64,000 nt of DNA from an uncultured Bacteroidales bacterium. GTDB lineage: Bacteria; Bacteroidota; Bacteroidia; Bacteroidales; UBA7960. Of this stretch, positions 29,608-38,718 are shown one piece after another. The notes under the pieces are model-generated. The model saw only the letters and a list, made by a program, of their open reading frames with translations. It had not been told where the DNA came from and did no database searches. The first letter of the stretch is position 1, and each line of letters opens with the position of its first letter. Position numbers and translations under genes: made by a program. Location of the stretch: assembly GCA_964477035.1 (NCBI GenBank), contig CAYZCW010000003.1, positions 31,540 through 95,539 on the forward strand. Direction: 5' to 3'.

Positions 29608-31965
29608 ATGTGGGAAGTCATCGTTCGCATCATCCTTCGCAACCGCCTGACCATTCTGTTGGTCATCGGCGGCCTGACCGGCCTGATGGCCTGGCAGGCA
29701 GGCAGGGTGAAGATGTCGTACGAGCTGGCACAGATGCTTCCTTCCCACGACCAGGCCTTCCGCGACTACGAGCATTTCCGGGAAATCTTCGGGGAGGACG
29801 GCAATGCCGTATTCATCGGGATGGAGGATGAACATGTCCGCTCCCTGCCCGGGTTTCTGCAGTGGCAGTCCTTTACCGACAAGCTGGCCGCCATCCCCGG
29901 GGTCACCGGGGTGGTCAACCTGACCCGCCTTCCGCTGCTGGTACGCAATGACAGCCTCAGGCGGGTTGAGTTCAGGCCCCTGTTCGAAGGGGCACCGGCC
30001 GACCAGCATGCCCTCGACAGCTTGCTGTCCATCGGTTTCGACCAGTCCTTTTTTAAAGACCTGTTGTTCAACCCGCAAACGGGGGCCCTGCTGACCGTGG
30101 TCAGCCTCGACCGCGACATCCTCAACACCCCGGAACGCATCGACCTGGTCAACGCCATCAGGAAGGCCGGCCGCGCCTATTCCCTCGAGAGCGGCATTGA
30201 CCTGCATTACAGCGGACTGCCTTACATCCGGACCCAGACCATGAAGAAGGTGAACACCGAACTGAAGCTGTTCGTCCTGCTGGCCATGGTGGTGGCCTCC
30301 CTGGCCCTGTTCCTGCTGTTCCGGTCCTTCAAGGCGGTGCTGTTTCCCATGATCATCGTGGTCATCAGCGTGGTATGGGCCCTGGGGACCATCGGCCTGC
30401 TCGGGTATGAGATCACGATACTCAAGGGCATCATCCCCCCGCTGATCATCATCATCGGGGTGGAGAACTGCATCTTCCTGCTGAACAAATACCACCACGA
30501 ATACCGGGCCCACGGCAACAAGATCAAAAGCCTGGTGAGGGTGGTACAGCGGGTGGGCAATGCCACCCTGCTGACCAATGCCACGACGGCCGTCGGTTTT
30601 GCCACATTCATCATCACCGGCAACCGCATCCTGGTCGAATTCGGCATCGTGGCCGCCCTGAACATCCTATCGGTCTTCCTGCTCACCATCACCCTCATCC
30701 CCATCTTCTACAGCTACCTGGAGCCACCCAAATACCGGCACATCAGGCACCTGAACAACCGCCGGATGCAGCGAATGATCCGCGGGATCATCCGGGTGGT
30801 CAGCCACCACCGCGCCAGGGTCTATGCCGTGGCCGTGATTCTCCTTTTAGGCGGACTGGCCGGCATGACCCGTCTGCATACTTCCGGCAGCGTGGTGGAC
30901 GACATTCCCCACCGCGACCCGCTGTATACCGACCTGTTGTTTTTCGAACGCCACATCTCGGGCATCATGCCCTTCGAGGTCATGATCGAAACCGGCCGTC
31001 CGAACGGCGTGGTCCGCCCGGCCACCCTGGAGGCCATCGAGGCCTTGCAGGCGGAGATGGCCGCCATCCCTGAATTGTCCCGTCCCCTGTCCGTGGCCGA
31101 GGCCATGAAACTGGTCCGGCAGGCCTTTTACCGGGGCGAGCCCGCCATGTATGGCCTGCCCAACCGGCACGACCGCAACTTCATACAGTCGTACATCCCG
31201 GCCGGGTCCATGGGCGACCAGTCCCTGCTGCGGTCCCTGGCGGACAGCAGCCTGCAGACCACCCGCATCAGCGTGCAGATGGCCAATATCGGCACGAGGG
31301 ACATCCGACGCATTCAGGAGGCATTGCAACCCCGCATCGATTCCCTCTTTGACCCCGCCACCCACAAGGTCACCATCACCGGCACCAGCGTGGTCTTCCT
31401 CAAGGGGACCGAGTACCTGGTTAGGAACCTGCTGACCAGCCTGCTGTTCGCCATCGCCATCATATCGGTGCTCATGGCCCTGCTGTTCAGCCGCGCGCGT
31501 ATGGTGATCATCTCCCTGATCCCCAACCTGTTTCCGCAGATCCTGACGGCCGCCATGATGGGCTACCTGGGCATCCCCATCAAGCCGTCCACCATCATCA
31601 TCTTCAGCATTGCCCTGGGCATATCGGTCGACAACTCCATCCATTTCCTTGCCAAGTTCCGCCAGGAGTTGCGTCTGAAAAACTACCACATCAAGCATGC
31701 CGTGATCTCGGCCCTGAATGAGAGCGGGGTGAGCATGATCTATACCTATGGGGTGCTGTTCTTCGGTTTCATCATCTTCACCTTTTCGACCTTCGGCGGC
31801 ACCCAGGCCCTCGGCTACCTGATCGCCTTCACCCTGAGCGTGGCCCTGCTATCCAACCTATTTCTGATGCCATCCATCCTCCTCTCCCTGCACAAGCGGG
31901 TGGAAGGAACCCGCCTGGAGCGTTCCCTGCTGGGCAAGGCTGACCCATCCGACGGCTTGCTTTAA
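29608..31965 (+). CDS. MMPL/RND-superfamily exporter (HpnN-like, 12 TM, two periplasmic loops)
   Basis: 785 aa with two repeated halves. Each half has a TM1-loop-TM2-6 architecture and GIGVDN/GISVDN-type motifs (IIGVENCIFL, ALGISVDNSIHF). Confidence 0.85.
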   Translation: MWEVIVRIILRNRLTILLVIGGLTGLMAWQAGRVKMSYELAQMLPSHDQAFRDYEHFREIFGEDGNAVFIGMEDEHVRSLPGFLQWQSFTDKLAAIPGVTGVVNLTRLPLLVRNDSLRRVEFRPLFEGAPADQHALDSLLSIGFDQSFFKDLLFNPQTGALLTVVSLDRDILNTPERIDLVNAIRKAGRAYSLESGIDLHYSGLPYIRTQTMKKVNTELKLFVLLAMVVASLALFLLFRSFKAVLFPMIIVVISVVWALGTIGLLGYEITILKGIIPPLIIIIGVENCIFLLNKYHHEYRAHGNKIKSLVRVVQRVGNATLLTNATTAVGFATFIITGNRILVEFGIVAALNILSVFLLTITLIPIFYSYLEPPKYRHIRHLNNRRMQRMIRGIIRVVSHHRARVYAVAVILLLGGLAGMTRLHTSGSVVDDIPHRDPLYTDLLFFERHISGIMPFEVMIETGRPNGVVRPATLEAIEALQAEMAAIPELSRPLSVAEAMKLVRQAFYRGEPAMYGLPNRHDRNFIQSYIPAGSMGDQSLLRSLADSSLQTTRISVQMANIGTRDIRRIQEALQPRIDSLFDPATHKVTITGTSVVFLKGTEYLVRNLLTSLLFAIAIISVLMALLFSRARMVIISLIPNLFPQILTAAMMGYLGIPIKPSTIIIFSIALGISVDNSIHFLAKFRQELRLKNYHIKHAVISALNESGVSMIYTYGVLFFGFIIFTFSTFGGTQALGYLIAFTLSVALLSNLFLMPSILLSLHKRVEGTRLERSLLGKADPSDGLL

Positions 31966-31996
31966 GAATTCCTTTGGGAATTGGTTTTTAAAGACG

Positions 31997-32004
31997 TAGT
32001 TTTG
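31997..32004 (+). promoter_or_regulatory. Candidate -7 box (TAGTTTTG) for rfbA
   Basis: Exact TAnnTTTG match, 71 nt upstream of the ATG at 32076. Confidence 0.3.
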
Positions 32005-32075
32005 CGATAACCATCCGATTGACAAACATGAACGTCCCTTCCGGAGCGCCGGCGGGATCATTCAAGGAGGCTGAC

Positions 32076-32948
32076 ATGAAAGGCATCATTCTCGCCGGGG
32101 GATCCGGCACCCGGCTCTACCCCATCACCCTGGCCATGAGCAAACAGCTCATGCCCGTGTATGACAAGCCCATGATCTACTATCCCCTGTCGGTCCTGAT
32201 GATGGCCGGCATCCGCGATGTGCTTGTCATTTCCACCCCCCAGGACCTTCCGCATTTTGTCCGCCTGCTGGGCGATGGGTCCCCCCTGGGATGCAATTTC
32301 AGCTATGCCGTCCAGAAGGAGCCCAACGGACTGGCCCAGTCCTTTGTCATCGGGGAGGAGTTCATTGGCAGGGAGAAAGTGTCGCTCATCCTGGGCGACA
32401 ACATCTTTTATGGGAGCGGTTTCATCAACAGCCTGCAATCGCACAACGACCCGGAAGGCGGGGTGGTGTTCGCCTACCATGTATCCAACCCCAGCCGTTA
32501 CGGGGTGGTGTCCTTTGACAGGGACCACCGGGCCATCAGCATCGAGGAAAAACCGGACAGGCCCCAGTCGAATTATGCGGTGCCGGGCCTGTATTTCTAT
32601 GACAACAGTGTGGTGGAGGTGGCCAAAAGCATCCGACCGAGCGACCGGGGGGAATACGAGATCACCGACGTGAACCGCTGGTACCTGGAGCGGGGTCTGC
32701 TGAAGGTGGGCCTGATGAGCCGGGGTACCGCCTGGCTGGATACCGGCACCTTCGAAAGCCTGATCCAGGCGGCCCAGTTTGTCCAGGTAATCGAGCAACG
32801 GCAGGGCCTGAAGATCGGATGCATCGAGGAGGTCGCCTTCCGCATGGGCTATATCGACGGAGCCCAGCTTGAAAAGGTGGCCCAGCCGCTGCTGAAGAGC
32901 GGCTACGGGGGCTACCTGCTGGGGCTGCTGGCAGAATCCCGGCGGTAA
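32076..32948 (+). CDS. rfbA: Glucose-1-phosphate thymidylyltransferase
   Basis: Starts [36 protein letters not shown], with high similarity along the full length. The ORF-track start at 32019 was trimmed, and AAGGAGG lies just upstream. Confidence 0.95.
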   Translation: MKGIILAGGSGTRLYPITLAMSKQLMPVYDKPMIYYPLSVLMMAGIRDVLVISTPQDLPHFVRLLGDGSPLGCNFSYAVQKEPNGLAQSFVIGEEFIGREKVSLILGDNIFYGSGFINSLQSHNDPEGGVVFAYHVSNPSRYGVVSFDRDHRAISIEEKPDRPQSNYAVPGLYFYDNSVVEVAKSIRPSDRGEYEITDVNRWYLERGLLKVGLMSRGTAWLDTGTFESLIQAAQFVQVIEQRQGLKIGCIEEVAFRMGYIDGAQLEKVAQPLLKSGYGGYLLGLLAESRR

Positions 32949-33024
32949 GCCGGCCTGCATACCATCTGACCCTGCCGGCCGGGCGAAAGACCGGCAGATA
33001 CATCACCACCAAAGCCTGTCATCC

Positions 33025-34002
33025 ATGAGTCAACACCTAGCCCGTCTGAATGAAATGGTCGCCGCCCGTATGGCGGAGACCCGGCTCGATAAGGAGCCAA
33101 GGGGATTGTACGAACCCATTGAGTATTGCCTGAAGAACGGGGGAAAGCGCATCCGGCCGCTGATGACCCTGCTGGGCTGCGAGATGTTCGGCGGCCGTGC
33201 GGAAGAGGCCCTTTCCCCGGCCATCGGACTGGAGTTGTTTCACAATTTCACCCTGATGCACGACGACATCATGGACCAGGCCCCCATCCGGCGCGGACAG
33301 CCCGCCGTGCATGTTAAATGGGACACCAACACCGCGATCCTTTCGGGCGACGTGTTGTTTGCCAGGGCATACGAATACATGCTGGATGTTCCCGACCATT
33401 GCCTGAGGCAGGTGATGGAACTGTTCAGCCGGACGGTGATCGAGGTGTGCGAAGGACAGCAGTACGACATGGACTTCGAAAAGACCGGACGCGTCACCGA
33501 AGCCGAGTACCTGGAGATGATCCGTTTGAAAACGGCCGTGCTTCCGGCGGCCTGCCTTAAGGCAGGAGCGATCGTGGCGGGGGCGCCTGCCGTGGATGCT
33601 GAAAAGATTTACCGGTTCGGGGAAAGCGTCGGACTGGCCTTCCAGCTGCGCGACGACTGGCTGGACGCTTTCGGGGACGAGGCCCTGTTCGGCAAGAAGA
33701 GCGGGGGCGACATCGTGGCCAATAAAAAGACCTGGCTGTACATCAAGGCCTGGGAGCTCTCCGCCCCGGCGCAGCGGCAGGAACTGGACCGGGCTTACTC
33801 CGGCGCCATTTCCGATCCCGACACCAAAATCGGCCGGGTCATGGGCATTTTCAACAGCCTGGGGATCCGCGAACTGGCCATACAGGCCATGGAGACCCAT
33901 TACCAAAGGGCCTTTGAAGCCCTGGATGCCATAGAGGCGCCGGCAGGGCCAAAGGAAAACCTGCGGATGCTTGCCCAAAGCCTGTTCGATCGGGCGCATT
34001 GA
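33025..34002 (+). CDS. Polyprenyl diphosphate synthase (trans-isoprenyl, GGPP/FPP synthase family)
   Basis: Contains the first DDxxD motif (LMHDDIMD) and the second (FQLRDDWLD), plus GKRIRP. Confidence 0.9.
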   Translation: MSQHLARLNEMVAARMAETRLDKEPRGLYEPIEYCLKNGGKRIRPLMTLLGCEMFGGRAEEALSPAIGLELFHNFTLMHDDIMDQAPIRRGQPAVHVKWDTNTAILSGDVLFARAYEYMLDVPDHCLRQVMELFSRTVIEVCEGQQYDMDFEKTGRVTEAEYLEMIRLKTAVLPAACLKAGAIVAGAPAVDAEKIYRFGESVGLAFQLRDDWLDAFGDEALFGKKSGGDIVANKKTWLYIKAWELSAPAQRQELDRAYSGAISDPDTKIGRVMGIFNSLGIRELAIQAMETHYQRAFEALDAIEAPAGPKENLRMLAQSLFDRAH

Positions 34003-34107
34003 TGCCCTCATCCGGGCCGCCGGACACATTGATCCCCGCAACCCACCGCCCGGGCAGTGGCTGGGTGGCCCGGCGGCCGGGTCCGCGAGCAGAGGCGCCT
34101 CCCCCCT

Positions 34108-34157
34108 TAAAAAAATCCGGCCGGTGTTCCATGCGAACACCGGCCGGATGCTGTTTT
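34108..34157. terminator. Bidirectional rho-independent terminator between convergent genes
   Basis: AAAAAA precedes ATCCGGCCGGTGTTC-catgc-GAACACCGGCCGGAT, which is followed by GCTGTTTT. The stem is a perfect 15 bp. Confidence 0.7.
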
Positions 34158-34173
34158 AGGAGCCATGCAGCGA

Positions 34174-36339
34174 TCAGGCTTCCTGCAGGTGGGGCTTGAC
34201 CACCTCCAGCACCTCGGGCAGGTCCATGCCCAGGTCCTTCAGATGCTCCAGGGTCGGGATGCCGTTTTTGGTCCACCCGCGGCGCTGGTACACGGCGTCG
34301 AGCAGCTGTTCGTAACGGCCCTCGCGGTACTTGCGCAGGGCGGCCATTTTCTCCCCGGTCGTCTTGCCTGAGGGATCAAAGCCAACCTCCTCCTTCAGTT
34401 GCTTGTCGTAGCGCTCGGCGCGCGATTCGTATTCCTCAGCGGTCACGGGGCCGGCGGCACGATAGGGCTGTGCATCGTGGATGCGCTTGCCAAAGCCGCG
34501 GCGCAGGTTGAACACCCGCTGGAAGTTGTACACCCGCTCACTCTGGCGGATCATCTCCTCCTTGCTGAAGGGCCTGCCGGTCACCGCTTCATAGATGGCC
34601 ACGTAATTGGCCACATGCTTGGGGATCTTGTGGGGTTCCTCCTCCTGGGCATTCTCCGGGGGCACCACATCGTTCCAGCAAAGCTTGCACAATCCCACGA
34701 GCCCGAACCAGGTGCGGAACATGGGGAAGTAATGCAATGCCTCGGCCTTGTCTTCGAAGGTCGGGATCTGGTTGTTGACCATGTCCATAAAGATCAGCCA
34801 GGCCTCGTCATGCTGGGGCCCCTTGTTGGTCATGGCGTACCCGCCCTGCTGGGCAAGGCTTTCCTTGGACACGTACTGGGAATACTCCAGTCCCTTGTTC
34901 ACCATGCCGATGTCGTTCAGGAACTTTTCGTCCCCCCAACCTTTCTCGGTGAACATCTCCTTCATCTTCTGCACGCCCAGTCCGGCAACCAGGCCGAAGC
35001 CCTCGCCGCGCGCCAGCTGGTGCATCAGTTCCAGGGCCGCCTCCTTGTTCCCGAAGGTCAGCTCCAGTCCACCGGTCCGCTCCTTGTTGAGGATGCCGTT
35101 CTCGTAGCACTCCATAATGAAGGCCACCACGGTGCCCCAGGTGATCGTGCAGATGCCGTAGGTGTCGCAATAAAAATTCTGTTCGATGATGGCTTCCGGA
35201 TCGAAGATGCCGAGGTTGGAGCCCAGCCCCGCGCCGGTCTCGTATTCGGGTCCGTCGACAATCACCTTCTGCCCCTTATAGGGACCGGTCTTCAGCTCAA
35301 AATCGTCCACCCCTTTGGCGCAGGACATGGCACAGCCGATCCAGCAGCCATCGGGCACATTCTGGGTGAAGTACTTGTCGCGGAACACATTGCTGTGAAT
35401 CTTCAGGCCGTCGTCATGGCTGCCGTACTTGAAGTTATGGGTGGGCAGGAGGTCGTAGTCGTTCATCACGTTGAGGATGTTGGCCGTGCCCTTGCGGCGC
35501 ATCTGGCACTGGTCGTCATCCAGCTCGCGCATCTCCTTCTGGAAATCCCGGCCGCGGTCCTTGATGGTCTCCAGGTCGGCCACATTGTTCAGGTTGCCAC
35601 TCACCCCTTCGACCTTGGCCACGATGGCGCGGATCTTCTTGTCGCGCATCACGGTGCCGATGCCGCCGCGTCCGGCCTGCTTGAGGCGGATTTTCTTGCG
35701 CTTCATGTCATAGAAGGTGAAGTTGACCATGCCGATCAGGGAATGGTCTGCCGCGGCCCCGGTGGAAACGATGCCGATATTGCGGGCATCCTTTTCATTC
35801 TCTGCGAACATCTCGGTCAGCTCCTCGGCCATCAGGTGGGTATCCACACTGAGCCCCGGGTCTTCGAAGATCTCGATCTTATTGTTTTTGCCGTCGATGA
35901 AAATGACGACATCTTTCTCTGCCTTGCCCTGCAGTTCGAGGGCGTCGAAGCCCGAAAACTTCAGGAAGGGTCCGAAAAAGCCCCCCACGTTGGAGTCCAT
36001 CACCGAATCGGTCTGGGGAGAGATGGTCACCAGCAGGGACTTGCCCGCCCCTGAGTACTGGGTGATGCCACCCACGGGTCCGGAGGAGATGATGATCTCA
36101 TTCTCGGGATCGTTCCATTTGGTGTCGGGTTTGGTGGCATCCCAGAGCAGACGCAGGCCATAGCCCTTGCCCCCGATGAACTTCTCCTTCATTACGGGAG
36201 GGACATCCTTTTCCTTGATTTCATTCGATCCGACGTTGATGTACAACACCCTGTCGGTATAGCCCCTGTAGAGGTCCTTCTTCTGGTAGCTGACCTCCTT
36301 CAGACGCTTCCGCTGTTCTCTGATTTCCGCAATGTTCAT
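34174..36339 (-). CDS. Aldehyde:ferredoxin oxidoreductase family protein (tungsto/molybdopterin enzyme, long form)
   Basis: The AFOR N-terminal domain reads YRGYTDRVLYINVG...FIGGKGYGLRLLW. The middle and C-terminal AFOR_C regions contain Cys motifs (GCAMSCAK, CDTYGIC, CKLC). Confidence 0.9.
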   Translation of the reverse strand: MNIAEIREQRKRLKEVSYQKKDLYRGYTDRVLYINVGSNEIKEKDVPPVMKEKFIGGKGYGLRLLWDATKPDTKWNDPENEIIISSGPVGGITQYSGAGKSLLVTISPQTDSVMDSNVGGFFGPFLKFSGFDALELQGKAEKDVVIFIDGKNNKIEIFEDPGLSVDTHLMAEELTEMFAENEKDARNIGIVSTGAAADHSLIGMVNFTFYDMKRKKIRLKQAGRGGIGTVMRDKKIRAIVAKVEGVSGNLNNVADLETIKDRGRDFQKEMRELDDDQCQMRRKGTANILNVMNDYDLLPTHNFKYGSHDDGLKIHSNVFRDKYFTQNVPDGCWIGCAMSCAKGVDDFELKTGPYKGQKVIVDGPEYETGAGLGSNLGIFDPEAIIEQNFYCDTYGICTITWGTVVAFIMECYENGILNKERTGGLELTFGNKEAALELMHQLARGEGFGLVAGLGVQKMKEMFTEKGWGDEKFLNDIGMVNKGLEYSQYVSKESLAQQGGYAMTNKGPQHDEAWLIFMDMVNNQIPTFEDKAEALHYFPMFRTWFGLVGLCKLCWNDVVPPENAQEEEPHKIPKHVANYVAIYEAVTGRPFSKEEMIRQSERVYNFQRVFNLRRGFGKRIHDAQPYRAAGPVTAEEYESRAERYDKQLKEEVGFDPSGKTTGEKMAALRKYREGRYEQLLDAVYQRRGWTKNGIPTLEHLKDLGMDLPEVLEVVKPHLQEA

Positions 36340-36381
36340 AGACTGAATCTCCTTAAAAAGTGTTTAATTTTTAACCGCTTA

Positions 36382-36389
36382 CAAAGCTA
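36382..36389 (-). promoter_or_regulatory. Candidate -7 box (TAGCTTTG) for the AOR gene
   Basis: Exact TAnnTTTG match on the minus strand, 42 nt upstream of the ATG at 36339. Confidence 0.4.
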
Positions 36390-36440
36390 CTAAATTTTTA
36401 TGATCTGTTCTTTTCTTCACAGCTTGTCGCCCGAAATGAT

Positions 36441-36448
36441 TATTTTTG
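36441..36448 (+). promoter_or_regulatory. Candidate -7 box (TATTTTTG) for the lytic transglycosylase gene
   Basis: Exact TAnnTTTG match, 102 nt upstream of the ATG at 36551. Confidence 0.25.
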
Positions 36449-36550
36449 TGAACACCAAAACAATCAAGTGATTGAGGCTCCCGTCGGATGGGTTTTCATG
36501 GGAGCCCGCAGGCATAATTTATAAAGGTTATAATTTGTAACTCGCCCCCC

Positions 36551-37498
36551 ATGTTGAAGCGATCCTGGACCGTTCTGGTCCTCCTGTTGTCCGGAGCCCT
36601 TTTCCTGCATTTGTTTATCTACTGGCGGATGGCCGATGAGCCCGACCAGGTCTTCTCCGGCTCCTTCACCGACCATTACGGGATCTACGCCCTGTCCATT
36701 CACGACAGCCTGTCTTTTGCCGGAGAGCCGGTACCCATACACCTGACGGACATCCGGGAGCGCTACGACCGGGAGTTGCTGGTGAACACCTACTGGCAGA
36801 GCCAGACCATGCTGTTCTTCAAGCGGGCCCACCGGTGGTTCCCCGTGATCGAACCCATCCTTAAAGCAAATGGGGTCCCCGACGACTTCAAATACCTGGC
36901 GCTGATCGAAAGCGGGCTGATGAACGTGGTCTCCCCGGCGGGCGCTACCGGCTTCTGGCAGATCCTTGCGGGCACGGGACGGGAGCTCGGCCTGGAGGTG
37001 AACACCCAGATCGACGAGCGCTACCACGTGGAAAAAGCCACCGAAGCCGCCTGCCGCTACCTGCTGGATTCCCGGGAGCGGTTCGGGTCGTGGACCCTGG
37101 CAGCCGCCGCCTACAACATCGGCAATGCCCGCCTGACGAGGGTTCTGGAAAATCAGCGCGTCTTTGATTATTACGACCTGCACCTGAACGAGGAAACCGC
37201 CCGTTACATGTTTCGCATCCTGGCCGTGAAAACCATCCTGTCAGACCCGGCCGCTTCGGGCTTCCATTTCCGGGAAAAAGACCTTTATCCCCCGTATGAT
37301 TACTACCACGTGCAAGTGGACACCACCGTGCGCGACCTGGTGGCCTTTGCCCGACAGCACGGCATTACCTATAAGGACCTGAGGGTGCTGAACCCCTGGC
37401 TGCGCGATTATGAACTGCCGAACCGCTCGCGCAAGCACTATGAGATCAAGATCCCCGTTTCAACGGAGCAGCCCGGGACAGACACCGCGCATCCCTAA
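36551..37498 (+). CDS. Lytic murein transglycosylase (SLT domain)
   Basis: N-terminal TM/signal sequence, the catalytic region ALIESGLMNVVSPAGATGFWQI, and AAAYNIG. Confidence 0.85.
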   Translation: MLKRSWTVLVLLLSGALFLHLFIYWRMADEPDQVFSGSFTDHYGIYALSIHDSLSFAGEPVPIHLTDIRERYDRELLVNTYWQSQTMLFFKRAHRWFPVIEPILKANGVPDDFKYLALIESGLMNVVSPAGATGFWQILAGTGRELGLEVNTQIDERYHVEKATEAACRYLLDSRERFGSWTLAAAAYNIGNARLTRVLENQRVFDYYDLHLNEETARYMFRILAVKTILSDPAASGFHFREKDLYPPYDYYHVQVDTTVRDLVAFARQHGITYKDLRVLNPWLRDYELPNRSRKHYEIKIPVSTEQPGTDTAHP

Positions 37499-37537
37499 AA
37501 CTGGGGATTTTGCACCTTGTTGTTTTAATTTAGACTC

Positions 37538-37553
37538 ATTATTAATAATTTTG
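37538..37553 (+). promoter_or_regulatory. Fur-box-like palindrome (ATTATTAATAAT) overlapping a -7 box (TAATTTTG) of the Fe3+ ABC transporter operon
   Basis: A perfect 12-bp palindrome made of two inverted AATAAT hexamers lies at 37538-37549. An exact TAnnTTTG match lies at 37546-37553, 20 nt upstream of the ATG at 37574. Confidence 0.4.
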
Positions 37554-37573
37554 GCATCCATTCTTATCGTCGG

Positions 37574-38707
37574 ATGCCCATGAAGTTCATTGACCGCATT
37601 TATAGAACAACAACCGGTTCCCGCAACACCCCGGAGCCACTCCCGTCGGGGCGCCCACCAAGTCGCCGGCCTTTCCTGACCCTGCTGCTGTCCGCCGGAG
37701 CCGCCGTCCTCATTCCCCTTGCTTTGCTGTGGGGCACCTCGTGTTCAGCACCCACCGAAGAAGTCAATGTGTACTCCGGCCGCCACTATCTGTCGGACGA
37801 ACAACTTTTCAGCCAGTTCACGGAGCAGACCGGCATCCGGGTGAACCTGATCAAGGCCGATACCGACCAGCTGATCCACCGTATGCGCCTGGAAGGGGCC
37901 TCCTCCCCGGCCGATTTGCTGATCACCGCCGATGCCGGACGGCTGGTAGGCGCTGCCGCCAGCGGACTGCTGCAGCCGATCGGCTCGAAACTGATGCAGG
38001 AGGTCGTACCGTCCGCCTTCCGTGACCCGGACGGACACTGGACCGGCCTGACCAAAAGGGCCCGGGTGATCGTGTACCACAAGGACCGGGTCGACCCCTC
38101 CGAACTGTCCACCTATGAAGACCTGGCCGGTCCGCAATGGCAGGGACGCGTCCTGGTGCGGTCCTCCCAGAACCATTACAACCAGACGCTGATGGCCTCC
38201 GTGATCGCCGCCCTCGGCCCCCAGGCGGCCGAAGAATGGGCGCATGGCCTCGTGACGAACATGGCGCGCAGCCCGCAGGGCAACGACCGCGACCAGGTCA
38301 AGGCGATGGCGGCCGGGGCGGGAGACGTGGCGATTGTCAACACCTATTACATGGGATTGTTGCTTCACTCGGCCAATGCGGAAGAACGGCAGGTGGCCGC
38401 ACAGGCCGGCATTTTTTTCCCGAACCAGCAGGGACGCGGCACCCACGTGAACATCAGCGGGGCCGGCATCGCGGCCCATGCGCCCAACAGGGACCATGCC
38501 CGCCGGCTCATCGAGTTTTTGCTTGGCGACGAAGCCCAAAGGGTCCTGTCGTCGGACAATTTTGAATATCCCGTATCGCACCGGGTGGAATGGCCCGAAC
38601 TGTTGCAGTCCTGGGGCAGCTTCCGCGAGGACACCCTCCCGCTGAGCAGGCTGGCGCCCTGGCTGCAGGAAGCCATGTTCGTCTTCCACCGGGCCGGCTG
38701 GGAGTAA
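37574..38707 (+). CDS. Fe(3+) ABC transporter substrate-binding protein (FbpA/AfuA type)
   Basis: Signal and TM region, then VNVYSGRHY...IRVNLIKADTDQL and VNTYYMG, typical of ferric-binding periplasmic proteins. Confidence 0.85.
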   Translation: MPMKFIDRIYRTTTGSRNTPEPLPSGRPPSRRPFLTLLLSAGAAVLIPLALLWGTSCSAPTEEVNVYSGRHYLSDEQLFSQFTEQTGIRVNLIKADTDQLIHRMRLEGASSPADLLITADAGRLVGAAASGLLQPIGSKLMQEVVPSAFRDPDGHWTGLTKRARVIVYHKDRVDPSELSTYEDLAGPQWQGRVLVRSSQNHYNQTLMASVIAALGPQAAEEWAHGLVTNMARSPQGNDRDQVKAMAAGAGDVAIVNTYYMGLLLHSANAEERQVAAQAGIFFPNQQGRGTHVNISGAGIAAHAPNRDHARRLIEFLLGDEAQRVLSSDNFEYPVSHRVEWPELLQSWGSFREDTLPLSRLAPWLQEAMFVFHRAGWE

Positions 38708-38718
38708 GTCCGCCAAGC

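Noticed and set aside
38590-38718. Upstream start codons offered by the ORF track for fbpB (38590), nspC (57885), rfbA (32019), the S4 protein (10571), the M28 peptidase (53251), comM (61254) and the dipeptidase (12894).
   Set aside because: The extensions overlap the preceding gene or an intergenic terminator/promoter, have non-protein-like composition, and precede an internal ATG at which the conserved family N-terminus begins.
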